Shown here: in pieces, positions 36,798-44,451 of the stretch
Layout: each line of letters begins with the position of its first letter
Position numbering within the stretch: the first letter of the stretch is position 1
The notes under the pieces: model-generated
The model's input: only the letters and a program-made list of their open reading frames with translations
Databases searched by the model: none
Told to the model about the DNA's origin: nothing
Made by a program: the position numbers and the translations under genes
From: a virus
Taxonomy: Duplodnaviria; Caudoviricetes
DNA: 52,846 nt
Direction: 5' to 3' (one strand)
Virus record (IMG/VR): IMGVR_UViG_3300032083_000594
Span: 1 to 52,846 of that record

Positions 36798-37316
36798 TTA
36801 CGCGTCCGCGTATGGTGTTACTATTGTACCTGATCCAATCAATAAAGAATTGTGAACCATGTATGTAGCAGTATCAATCGCAGTGAAAGATACTATACTA
36901 CCAGCGATTCCACCTTTTGTAGAACCATTCATAGTAATAACATCGTTAGTTGCAGCTGGTACGAAAGCTTTTTTCGCACCGTCGTCTACACCAATTAAGA
37001 TTGCACCTTTGAATTTATCAGTACCGTCTGTTTTGATGTCCATATCAGTTGCAGCTGTTTCAACAAAAAAGTTAAAAGTTGCACCGATGTTGTTTAAGTT
37101 ATTAAAGTCATTATCACCTGCTGATGCGCCATTTGCATTTACATTGATTGAAGGTAAAGTAAATTTACCGTCAGCGTCATTGCAAAGTAAAATTCTACCC
37201 GCATGTGCAGCAACTGTTAATGTTGTGTCAGCTGTTAAGCTAACAGTCATACCAGGACCTGTACTTGTAAAGCCATTTTTAGAAATGACTGGTCCTGAAA
37301 ACGTAGTGTTTGCCAT
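36798..37316 (-). CDS. putative capsid-associated structural protein
   Basis: MANTTFSGPV N-terminus; strong AGGAGG RBS. Confidence 0.7.
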   Translation of the reverse strand: MANTTFSGPVISKNGFTSTGPGMTVSLTADTTLTVAAHAGRILLCNDADGKFTLPSINVNANGASAGDNDFNNLNNIGATFNFFVETAATDMDIKTDGTDKFKGAILIGVDDGAKKAFVPAATNDVITMNGSTKGGIAGSIVSFTAIDTATYMVHNSLLIGSGTIVTPYADA

Positions 37317-37324
37317 AGTATTAT

Positions 37325-37381
37325 CCTCCTAGTTATTTGAATATCGTCTCTAGGCCGTCGACTATACGCGTCGATATTCAA
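37325..37381 (-). ncRNA. structured cis-regulatory 5'-UTR RNA (candidate Mu-gpT-DE-like motif)
   Basis: 10-bp stem 37337-37346/37372-37381; loop CCUAG can pair with CUAGG overlapping the SD. Confidence 0.45.
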
Positions 37382-37400
37382 TTTAATGTATAGTGTGTTT

Positions 37401-37429
37401 TTTATATACTAGATTTGAGTAGAGTGCAA
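37401..37429 (-). promoter_or_regulatory. putative promoter for the tail operon
   Basis: TTGCAC 37429-37424, N17, TATAAA 37406-37401. Confidence 0.55.
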
Positions 37430-37477
37430 GAGAGCCTGTAATGTGGAGTGGATTTATTCCAACGATGTAGCTTTTTA

Positions 37478-37687
37478 TTAAGTAGCTACTGAAACTTGTG
37501 GAGCTGCTCCTTCAACAGTATTCTGTCTATGGGCAATAGCTGCTTCTTCCAGCTTGATCTTTGTGATGACTTCTCTAACTTTGTCATCGATCCGGACCAT
37601 TTCAAGAGTATATCTACCATTAGATAGATGCTCCTGTTCCCACTTCAACTCCAAGGACCTTTTTGCTTTGTATAGGTCTTGTATCAT
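37478..37687 (-). CDS. hypothetical protein
   Basis: GAGGAGG RBS before ATG 37687 (MIQDLYK). Confidence 0.6.
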   Translation of the reverse strand: MIQDLYKAKRSLELKWEQEHLSNGRYTLEMVRIDDKVREVITKIKLEEAAIAHRQNTVEGAAPQVSVAT

Positions 37688-37871
37688 TAACAACCTCCTC
37701 ATAGGTTATTCTATTCAACGGACCAAACATTCCCGTTTTTTCCCAAACTATACTATTTTCTCCAAGTTTGTCAAGGATTGATTGTTCCAGTGAATTAGGA
37801 TCATCTGCTGACTCTACTTCAAATTTTGAGTAGTGGCCGTACGCATTTATTGTTACTAAGAATTTTTTCAT
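37620..37871 (-). CDS. hypothetical protein
   Basis: AAGGTGAG RBS before ATG 37871 (MKKFLV). Confidence 0.6.
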   Translation of the reverse strand: MKKFLVTINAYGHYSKFEVESADDPNSLEQSILDKLGENSIVWEKTGMFGPLNRITYEEVVNDTRPIQSKKVLGVEVGTGASI

Positions 37872-37894
37872 AAGTCTCACCTTTTGTATTGTAA

Positions 37895-37920
37895 ATGAGG
37901 CGGAACTATGTCCGCCTCAT
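37895..37920 (-). terminator. hairpin terminator after the major capsid gene
   Basis: ATGAGGCGGA / TCCGCCTCAT perfect 10-bp stem, 12 nt after the MCP stop. Confidence 0.7.
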
Positions 37921-37932
37921 AAAATTTAGTTA

Positions 37933-38844
37933 TTACGCACCTTCAACGCCGAAGATACCTCTAGGGTCTGATACTCCAAATGAGTATCTTTCTCTAGCTT
38001 TGTATCTAACGTTTCCAGTATCGAAGTCACCTTCCATTGCAGTTGTCAATGGAGCTCTGTTGAACATTTTCATTCCATTAGGAATGTCTGTAATGATGTA
38101 AAACGCATCAGTGTCAGTTAGGTAATTGTTCACTCTGTATCCTTGAGGAATCATACCCATAGACGCAATTGCGTTAATGTCATTATCAGCTGTTCCAGTT
38201 CTACCTTGAGATTTCATTAATCTCTCAGCTGTAAACTGAAGCTCAGAAGGAATGATCATTTTCACTCCTCTTGCTGCAACTCTAAGACCTCTTTCGTCAG
38301 TCATTTGACCGATGTCGATCAAAGATTGCTCTAACGAAGTTTCGTTAAGGTCTGCTTGAGTAGAAAGTGTGTTCTGGAAAGTTCCAGCCACTGTAGGGTG
38401 TGATGTATTAAATAAAGATACACCGTCACCTGAATCAAAACCATCCGTTGAAGGAAGACCTTGAATTAGAGGCTCGACAGCTTTTACTTGCTTAGCATTA
38501 CTCATAGATCTTGCTAAAGCTTTTGTATATCTAGACGCGAGTCTATCATACAAGTTATCCTCGATTGCTTCTTCAGTAATCGCGAATGCTAAAGCTACAG
38601 TCTCGTGAGTGTATCTAGCTGTAAAAGTTTCTTGTGCTTCATCGAATGAAACTCCTGAACCTTCACCTTTTACTTGTGCGTTTGCAAAACCACTTAACAT
38701 TACTTCTTCTTCAAAAGCTCTGTCAGATGATTCTGTAGTATAAATCTCAGCATGCTGATTTTCATACCTTTTATATTCCAGGCCGAATAGTGCATTCAAT
38801 CCTGGCTCTAGTTCTTTAACTAGTTGTGATCGTGATATAGCCAT
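37933..38844 (-). CDS. major capsid protein (Mu gpT-like)
   Basis: MAISRSQLVKELEPGLNALFG, FAITEEAIEDNLY, GDGVSLF..SHP, YKARERYSFG.SD.RG. Confidence 0.85.
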   Translation of the reverse strand: MAISRSQLVKELEPGLNALFGLEYKRYENQHAEIYTTESSDRAFEEEVMLSGFANAQVKGEGSGVSFDEAQETFTARYTHETVALAFAITEEAIEDNLYDRLASRYTKALARSMSNAKQVKAVEPLIQGLPSTDGFDSGDGVSLFNTSHPTVAGTFQNTLSTQADLNETSLEQSLIDIGQMTDERGLRVAARGVKMIIPSELQFTAERLMKSQGRTGTADNDINAIASMGMIPQGYRVNNYLTDTDAFYIITDIPNGMKMFNRAPLTTAMEGDFDTGNVRYKARERYSFGVSDPRGIFGVEGA

Positions 38845-38865
38845 AATTTATCTCCTATTCTCCTA

Positions 38866-39426
38866 TTACGATTGTAACTCAATCAGATTTGGAACTACTA
38901 CAACAGATCTGAAAGCCGCATTTTCATCGTTTTCAGGATCTTCAGCAGATCTTAGTAATCTGAAAGAAGCAGCATCTGCACTTGTGTCTCCGATATCTAG
39001 TGTAGCTGAAGACTTACCAGTAGTTGTACTACCAGCAGAAGTATTCATGTCATACGTTTCTAAATATCCAGATTGAGCCACAGCAGCATCAGTTGCTACT
39101 ACATATTGTTGTTGAGGGTTATCGAATACAAATGCATCGATATCTTCTGAGTTAGCTGGTGTTACCTGAACGTAATGATTCGAAAACGTTGGCTTTAAAG
39201 TTGAAGCCGCGTTGTAGAATATTCCGTTTAATACACCTAAAATAGGTGCATCAGTCGTTTGACCGTCGATAATGTAACCAGCGTTAGAAGCAACAGCACC
39301 ACCATTATAAATAGTAGTTGCATAACCCGCATCGATTTTGTATTTACCTTGCCCAGAAGTCGCTGGAGTTGATCCAAGCGTTCCTGCAGCAATTAAACCA
39401 AAACCTTGTGTGTTTCTATTTGCCAT
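38866..39426 (-). CDS. putative capsid decoration/cement protein
   Basis: Directly upstream of the MCP; MAN...GFGL, V.DNP, beta-rich. Confidence 0.6.
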   Translation of the reverse strand: MANRNTQGFGLIAAGTLGSTPATSGQGKYKIDAGYATTIYNGGAVASNAGYIIDGQTTDAPILGVLNGIFYNAASTLKPTFSNHYVQVTPANSEDIDAFVFDNPQQQYVVATDAAVAQSGYLETYDMNTSAGSTTTGKSSATLDIGDTSADAASFRLLRSAEDPENDENAAFRSVVVVPNLIELQS

Positions 39427-39497
39427 AGTTGTTTCTCCTTATGTACCTGCCCCGAAGGGCCTCCAGTACGGTTTATTAAATTCAGTGATTGAAAAAA

Positions 39498-39956
39498 TTA
39501 TTTTTTCGTACCACCGAAGGTTACACGAGATTGCCTTTCAACATTGATCGGCATTCTATTGTCCTGCTCCTTCATAAGGTCGTTATTTACAGCTTCGTCT
39601 TGTTGTTTATGGCGGTTAGCCATATACTGTTGTCTCTGCTTCGCGATCTCTTCAGGTACCTTCGCAAGTAGAAGGCCTCCTACCCCAATCACTCCCTTGT
39701 ATTTGCCCTCATCGAGGACTGGATAATCAGCTGCGTTTACAACTTCTTCGGCTCTAACTAATTCATAACCTTCTCTAATTCGTCCGGTTACATTTTTAGT
39801 GTCCTGAAAGCCAACGCTTTCTGCTCTTATCCATCTATACCTGAATCCATCAGGCGCAGGGGGTGCATCTAGAGAAGATGGTGGAACCCACACTTTAGGT
39901 CTTTCAGATTTTGACCGTGTGTCGTTCGCACGAGAAGTGTTTTTGTCTTTTTCCAT
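39498..39956 (-). CDS. conserved head-module protein
   Basis: W.PPSSLDAP..PDG.RYRWIR, GYELV, GGLLLAK. Confidence 0.75.
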   Translation of the reverse strand: MEKDKNTSRANDTRSKSERPKVWVPPSSLDAPPAPDGFRYRWIRAESVGFQDTKNVTGRIREGYELVRAEEVVNAADYPVLDEGKYKGVIGVGGLLLAKVPEEIAKQRQQYMANRHKQQDEAVNNDLMKEQDNRMPINVERQSRVTFGGTKK

Positions 39957-39957
39957 G

Positions 39958-40923
39958 TTACGCTCCTTCCGTGTTTTTTAATTGTTTTGCGTATTCTTCG
40001 AGTGGCACACCTAATTTTTTAGCTATTGCTACCTGTGATGATGTGAGTCTCACAGTTTTGCGACCAGGCTTTACGCTTCTTTGTGCTGAAGCGACCGTCT
40101 GAACGGGAGCTGTCGTATTTGTTTTAGTATTACCAAATTTATGTGGAAAGTCAATCTTAATTCTCTTATCAACTTCCGCATAATACTCGTCAGAACTTGG
40201 ATCATACCCTTCTTTTTCAGTAAGATCCTTGTGTATCTCAAACGCAGTGTAAGTCATTGCTCTATCTGATCCAAACCATGGGTTTTTTGAAGCCCATGCT
40301 TCAGCTCTTGGATCCGGATTAATCGGATCATCTCTTTGAGGAATGTTTACATTATTTGCTTGAGAGAGTTGTTGTACAGGATTCTCAGCCTGTGTTTTAT
40401 TTTCTCTACCTTCTTTAGCTGCTTCAAGTTTTGCATTCTCAAATGCGAGTGTTGCAATTCTTTTGTTAGCCTCAACTTGAGCGTTTGCATCACCAGCTTC
40501 AATAGCTGCTGCTAATTCTTTTTGTGCAGCTTCTAAACCTGACGATATAGTTGTCTCAAATTTTTTAATATAATCAGAATCCGTTTTTTCAAAACGTTTT
40601 TCTAATTGTTGTCTTTTTTCTTCTACAGCTTTTGCATACTCAACAGCAGCTTGTTCTCTTCGCTCTGCTTCTCTCATCTTACGAGTTAATTTCGCAATAC
40701 GAGATTGTACACCTTTACTATAGTCTTCTAAAGTTTCATCTGATTTTTTTTCATCTAACTTTGTTTCTCTTTCATTTTCAAATGATTTATCTATTCCTTG
40801 TTCTTGATCATTTTTTTCTTCTGGCTGTTCGATTACAGCTTCTTCTTTTTTTTCTTCGATATCAATTGTGGCATCGGGACCCGATGTATCTATATCAACC
40901 GTCTTCTTTTCTTCTTCTGGCAT
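39958..40923 (-). CDS. capsid scaffolding protein
   Basis: Acidic N-terminus, long coiled coil, C-terminal LTxSQVAIAKKLGVPLEEYA capsid-binding-like helix. Confidence 0.7.
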   Translation of the reverse strand: MPEEEKKTVDIDTSGPDATIDIEEKKEEAVIEQPEEKNDQEQGIDKSFENERETKLDEKKSDETLEDYSKGVQSRIAKLTRKMREAERREQAAVEYAKAVEEKRQQLEKRFEKTDSDYIKKFETTISSGLEAAQKELAAAIEAGDANAQVEANKRIATLAFENAKLEAAKEGRENKTQAENPVQQLSQANNVNIPQRDDPINPDPRAEAWASKNPWFGSDRAMTYTAFEIHKDLTEKEGYDPSSDEYYAEVDKRIKIDFPHKFGNTKTNTTAPVQTVASAQRSVKPGRKTVRLTSSQVAIAKKLGVPLEEYAKQLKNTEGA

Positions 40924-40941
40924 AGTTACTCCTTCCTATGA

Positions 40942-41346
40942 TTAAAACTCATGCAAGATGTCCTCTGGACTATCAATTGTTGCTAACACTTCATCGTCGT
41001 TTAGCAGACGCATTTCCCCACCATCTATTTTGATTCGACTACCTGCATAACGTGCAAACATAATCCAATCTTTCTCCTTGCACCATGGACCTTCCGGATA
41101 CCTCTCTTTATCCTTATAACATTGTGAACCCATGGCCATAACTAATCCTACTTGAGAAGCAACTTGTTGTCTTTCCAATGTAGTTTCAGCTAAATGTAAT
41201 CCACCTTTAGTTGTTTCTTTCATTTTGAAAGGTAAAACTAAAAGTCTCCAGCCTGTTGGCTTTGGTAATTTTGGTTCTTTTTTTGTAGGTTTTACACCAA
41301 CAAGTTTATTTTTTGGTGTTAATATCGATGACTGTTCCTTTTTCAT
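40942..41346 (-). CDS. groES: co-chaperonin GroES
   Basis: PTGWRLLV, TKGGLHL, FARYAG and LLNDDEVLA Cpn10 signature. Confidence 0.85.
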   Translation of the reverse strand: MKKEQSSILTPKNKLVGVKPTKKEPKLPKPTGWRLLVLPFKMKETTKGGLHLAETTLERQQVASQVGLVMAMGSQCYKDKERYPEGPWCKEKDWIMFARYAGSRIKIDGGEMRLLNDDEVLATIDSPEDILHEF

Positions 41347-41533
41347 TTTGCTCCTTGTCTTCTAGCAGGTTAGAGATTTCCTGTAGTGTTGCCTCGTAGG
41401 CATTTATTTGTCCTATAATATACTTGTAATTTTCCATATTGTCAACACCACCTGATGTGACTGATATAGATAAATTATCTAATCTATTTCTTAAAAATTT
41501 AAGAAGTCGATTTATTACGTTTTCTAATTGCAT
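41306..41533 (-). CDS. conserved hypothetical protein
   Basis: AAGGA RBS before ATG 41533; SG...MENYKYIIG. Confidence 0.7.
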   Translation of the reverse strand: MQLENVINRLLKFLRNRLDNLSISVTSGGVDNMENYKYIIGQINAYEATLQEISNLLEDKEQNEKGTVIDINTKK

Positions 41534-41783
41534 TTTTTCCTTTCTTAGCAATTGATGCAACTTGGCTTTTACCCATAACTTTAGCTCTTTGTTCCATCAC
41601 TGTTAGTATTTGTATTTTACGTGCAAAAGGTTTATTTACACGTTTTACTTTTGCAACAGTTGCTTTTGCATCTGCTGGTGTTGCAAATTTTATTTTAACT
41701 GTGTCTCTAGGATTTTCGTCTGTGTAGAGTCTTCTACCAGAACCTTTAGGCTTTTTTCCCGTTCCCTTTTTTGGATCCGCCAT
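41499..41783 (-). CDS. small basic conserved protein
   Basis: DPKKGTGKKPKGSGRRLYTDENP.DT. Confidence 0.7.
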   Translation of the reverse strand: MADPKKGTGKKPKGSGRRLYTDENPRDTVKIKFATPADAKATVAKVKRVNKPFARKIQILTVMEQRAKVMGKSQVASIAKKGKNAIRKRNKSTS

Positions 41784-41883
41784 TGATAGCTCCTTTCAAC
41801 ATTTTAGCTTGTTTAGTATGAGCTTTAACTGCTTTGCCCAATCCTTTAATCACTTTTTTAATTGCATTTTTTTTCTTTAACAT
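41746..41883 (-). CDS. small basic protein (45 aa, not in track)
   Basis: MLKKKNAIKKVIKGLGKAVKAHTKQAKMLKGAINGGSKKGNGKKA. Confidence 0.55.
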   Translation of the reverse strand: MLKKKNAIKKVIKGLGKAVKAHTKQAKMLKGAINGGSKKGNGKKA

Positions 41884-42170
41884 TTCCATCTTCTTCTTGC
41901 CTGACGGATACGTGAATTAGGATCGTTTCTTGTTTTAGCTGACGCTCGTTTTAATTGTCCAAGCGATCTTGCGCAGTATGATTTTCTACGTTTAGCAGCT
42001 TTTGATCCTGGTTTTACTTTTCCAGTCACGGCTGTTTTTAGTTTAGAGCCAGGATTTAATCTTCTGTAGGCTTTGACCCCGGCTTGTGTCATACCTGCTC
42101 CAGACTTTGTAGATCTAAAGTTCTTTTTGTTTCTTGCTGGCATAGTGCCTTTTGAATACTGTCTTCTCAT
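41877..42170 (-). CDS. small basic protein (DUF6321-like)
   Basis: GMTQAGVKAYRRLNPGSKL, RRKSYCARS, ARRRWKC. Confidence 0.7.
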   Translation of the reverse strand: MRRQYSKGTMPARNKKNFRSTKSGAGMTQAGVKAYRRLNPGSKLKTAVTGKVKPGSKAAKRRKSYCARSLGQLKRASAKTRNDPNSRIRQARRRWKC

Positions 42171-42445
42171 TATGCGGTCTTCTTTTTCTTAGCAAATGTT
42201 GCAGCTCTACTTGGAGTAGGACCTGTGTTTGCTTTCGCTTGTTTTCTTCTTACGGCACCCGCACGCTGCCCTTTGGACATCGCTCTTGCTTTTGCAATAG
42301 GCACGCATTTTGGATAATTTTTTCTTTTTTCGCCACCACTTCTTCCACACTTCGGGTATGAGCCATCTGATTTTTTGTTTGCAATATCGACCCAATTGTC
42401 CTTGACCCATTGTCTTAAACCACCTTTTGAAAAATGCGTTCGCAT
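42170..42445 (-). CDS. small basic Cys-containing protein
   Basis: GGLRQW....WVDI, CGRS, YPKCVP. Confidence 0.7.
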   Translation of the reverse strand: MRTHFSKGGLRQWVKDNWVDIANKKSDGSYPKCGRSGGEKRKNYPKCVPIAKARAMSKGQRAGAVRRKQAKANTGPTPSRAATFAKKKKTA

Positions 42446-42834
42446 TACGAATTCTTTCCGTAAGCTCTTCCTTTGCCTTTAGTAGCTAACTTACAACCTT
42501 TAGATCCAGATTTAAATCCTGCTCTTCCACCTGATTTGTAATGTCTTGCTATAGATCTTTTAGTACGAGTTAATTGTTTATCATCTGTTGCAGCATCTAC
42601 AATATTTTTTAAACCTTTTTTAGTTATTTTTTTACCATCTCCAATATTTTCAGAACTTAAAGCAGCATCTAATTGGTCAAAAGCAATTTCACCTTTAGGT
42701 CCTTTTTTATCAAAAACAGGTTTAATAATTTTTAAGGCTTCTTTTTCCGTAATTTTATCTACTCCATAACGTTCACTATCTTTTTTATTTTTTTCTTTTC
42801 TAGCTGTTTTTGTTGATGGGTATTCAAATGCCAT
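42445..42834 (-). CDS. basic hypothetical protein with GG tag
   Basis: YKSGGRAGFKSG near the C-terminus; TAATG-coupled. Confidence 0.7.
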   Translation of the reverse strand: MAFEYPSTKTARKEKNKKDSERYGVDKITEKEALKIIKPVFDKKGPKGEIAFDQLDAALSSENIGDGKKITKKGLKNIVDAATDDKQLTRTKRSIARHYKSGGRAGFKSGSKGCKLATKGKGRAYGKNS

Positions 42835-43418
42835 TATACTTGTCCTCCTTTTAAATATTTCATTCTAGTCATATCTATCATTCCACCACCCATTTTTTTA
42901 GTTTGATTTCTAAGTTTTTCATTTTTAAATTTTAAATCTGGTCTTGGACCTTTATTCATTTTTAAATTTTCATTTTTAAATTTTTTACTAATATTTTTTG
43001 CTGTTCCAACAGCTTGTTTAACTCCTGTTTTAACAAATTCTTTTATTTTATCAGGAACACGTTTATCTTTATAACGTCCTTGAAATTTAGTTCCAAGTTT
43101 ATAATCTTTAGATTCAGAACTAATATTTTTTGCTGTTCCAACAGCTTGTTTAACTCCTGTTTTAACAAATTCTTTTATTTTATCAGGAACACTTTTATCT
43201 TTATAACGTCCTTGAAATTTAGTTCCAAGTCTATAATTTTCAGATCCAGAGCTGTATCCTATTCGTCCACCCATAGCTTTTTTATTACGATTTTTTTTAC
43301 CACCGGGTGTAATTTTACCTGAACATACTCCAGATGCATACATATTAGCATATGCTGATGGATACACTTTGAATTTTCGTTTCGCTGCTGCTTTTCCTTT
43401 TGGACACAATTTTGCCAT
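42834..43418 (-). CDS. basic hypothetical protein with internal 44-aa duplication
   Basis: KRKFKVYPSAYAN N-terminal domain, KAMGGRIGY tag, duplicated LGTKFQGRY...KNIS. Confidence 0.7.
   Translation of the reverse strand: MAKLCPKGKAAAKRKFKVYPSAYANMYASGVCSGKITPGGKKNRNKKAMGGRIGYSSGSENYRLGTKFQGRYKDKSVPDKIKEFVKTGVKQAVGTAKNISSESKDYKLGTKFQGRYKDKRVPDKIKEFVKTGVKQAVGTAKNISKKFKNENLKMNKGPRPDLKFKNEKLRNQTKKMGGGMIDMTRMKYLKGGQV
42987..43237. repeat. 132-nt-period tandem duplication
   Basis: 42987-43098 vs 43119-43230 identical except for one base. Confidence 0.9.
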
Positions 43419-43861
43419 TATCTATTCCTTAATTTTTTAAAATCAGCACCATCAATCTTATTTGGATTACCCGCTAATTTTGCTATCTTCATTTGTTTTG
43501 GTGATAAGTTTTTCTTTTTAGGACCAAAAGTTTCTTTTATTTTTTCAACACTTGTTTTTGGTTTTGGTGTACCAAATCTTCTACCAATTCTGCCCCCATC
43601 AGCTTTTTTATCATATATGTCGGCTATCTTTTTATTAATTTTAGGTTGATTAGATTTTTTTCTTAATTCAATTTTTTGTTCATCAGATACCTTATAACCA
43701 CTATGTATCTCACTTCTTTTTGTAGTGATGTCATCTTGAACTTTTCTTTTCTTTGCTAAATTTTTTCCCGGTTTGATAGATGTAATAGTAGTTGGAACTT
43801 TACTTTTGTTTCCTTTTAATATTTTTCCTACAGTTTTAAATACATTAAAATATCCAGACAT
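43418..43861 (-). CDS. basic hypothetical protein with GG tag
   Basis: KADGGRIG; C-terminal LSPKQMKIAKLAG....IDGADFKKLR. Confidence 0.7.
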   Translation of the reverse strand: MSGYFNVFKTVGKILKGNKSKVPTTITSIKPGKNLAKKRKVQDDITTKRSEIHSGYKVSDEQKIELRKKSNQPKINKKIADIYDKKADGGRIGRRFGTPKPKTSVEKIKETFGPKKKNLSPKQMKIAKLAGNPNKIDGADFKKLRNR

Positions 43862-44250
43862 TATTTTTTTCCTCCGCCGTTTCTAAAAATTTGTGTACCC
43901 TTTATACCATAAATACTCGCCACGACAAGGATCCAAAGATTGGTGAACCATGACGGGAGCTGTGAGAACATCTCGAAGAACAATTTTACCTTGTCCATCG
44001 CTGTTGGATCATCCGATATCACTGCCCAAGCGAGCACCAAAACGGGCAAACTGAGAATTATCAAAACTGCCTCGTCTTTCCAGTCTGATTGTCTAGCTTC
44101 TAGCAATTTTCCCTGGTAAGCTTCGTCACCTCGGGCCATCTTTTCAGCATGCATTAATTGTGCATCTGACATTGCCATTTTCGTTCTCTGCTTGTTAGCA
44201 TAAATCTTACTTCCAGCAGAAACGGCTAGTTTAATTGCCGATAACCACAT
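43861..44250 (-). CDS. putative holin (3TM type)
   Basis: SDWKDE, two hydrophobic segments, LPSWF, ASIYG. Confidence 0.6.
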   Translation of the reverse strand: MWLSAIKLAVSAGSKIYANKQRTKMAMSDAQLMHAEKMARGDEAYQGKLLEARQSDWKDEAVLIILSLPVLVLAWAVISDDPTAMDKVKLFFEMFSQLPSWFTNLWILVVASIYGIKGTQIFRNGGGKK

Positions 44251-44252
44251 GA

Positions 44253-44435
44253 TTAGTAAGCCTTAGATTTTCTTTTTTTGTCTGCTCTTACAGCACCTTG
44301 GCCTTGAACTTCTTCTTCAGGTTTACCAGTGCCAATTAAGTTAAAAGCACCATCTGCAGTTGTTTTAGATCTTGGATCGACCTCAACTTCTTGTTCTGGA
44401 ACGTTAACTATTTGTATTTTATCAAGTTTTTGCAT
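44253..44435 (-). CDS. small hypothetical protein
   Basis: 60 aa; AGGAG RBS; follows the portal gene. Confidence 0.65.
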   Translation of the reverse strand: MQKLDKIQIVNVPEQEVEVDPRSKTTADGAFNLIGTGKPEEEVQGQGAVRADKKRKSKAY

Positions 44436-44451
44436 TTTTTTACTCCTTTTA

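Noticed and set aside
42987-43237. Duplication as a DGR template/variable repeat pair
   Set aside because: The copies are tandem and in frame, almost identical without an adenine-specific mismatch pattern, and no reverse transcriptase is present in the window.
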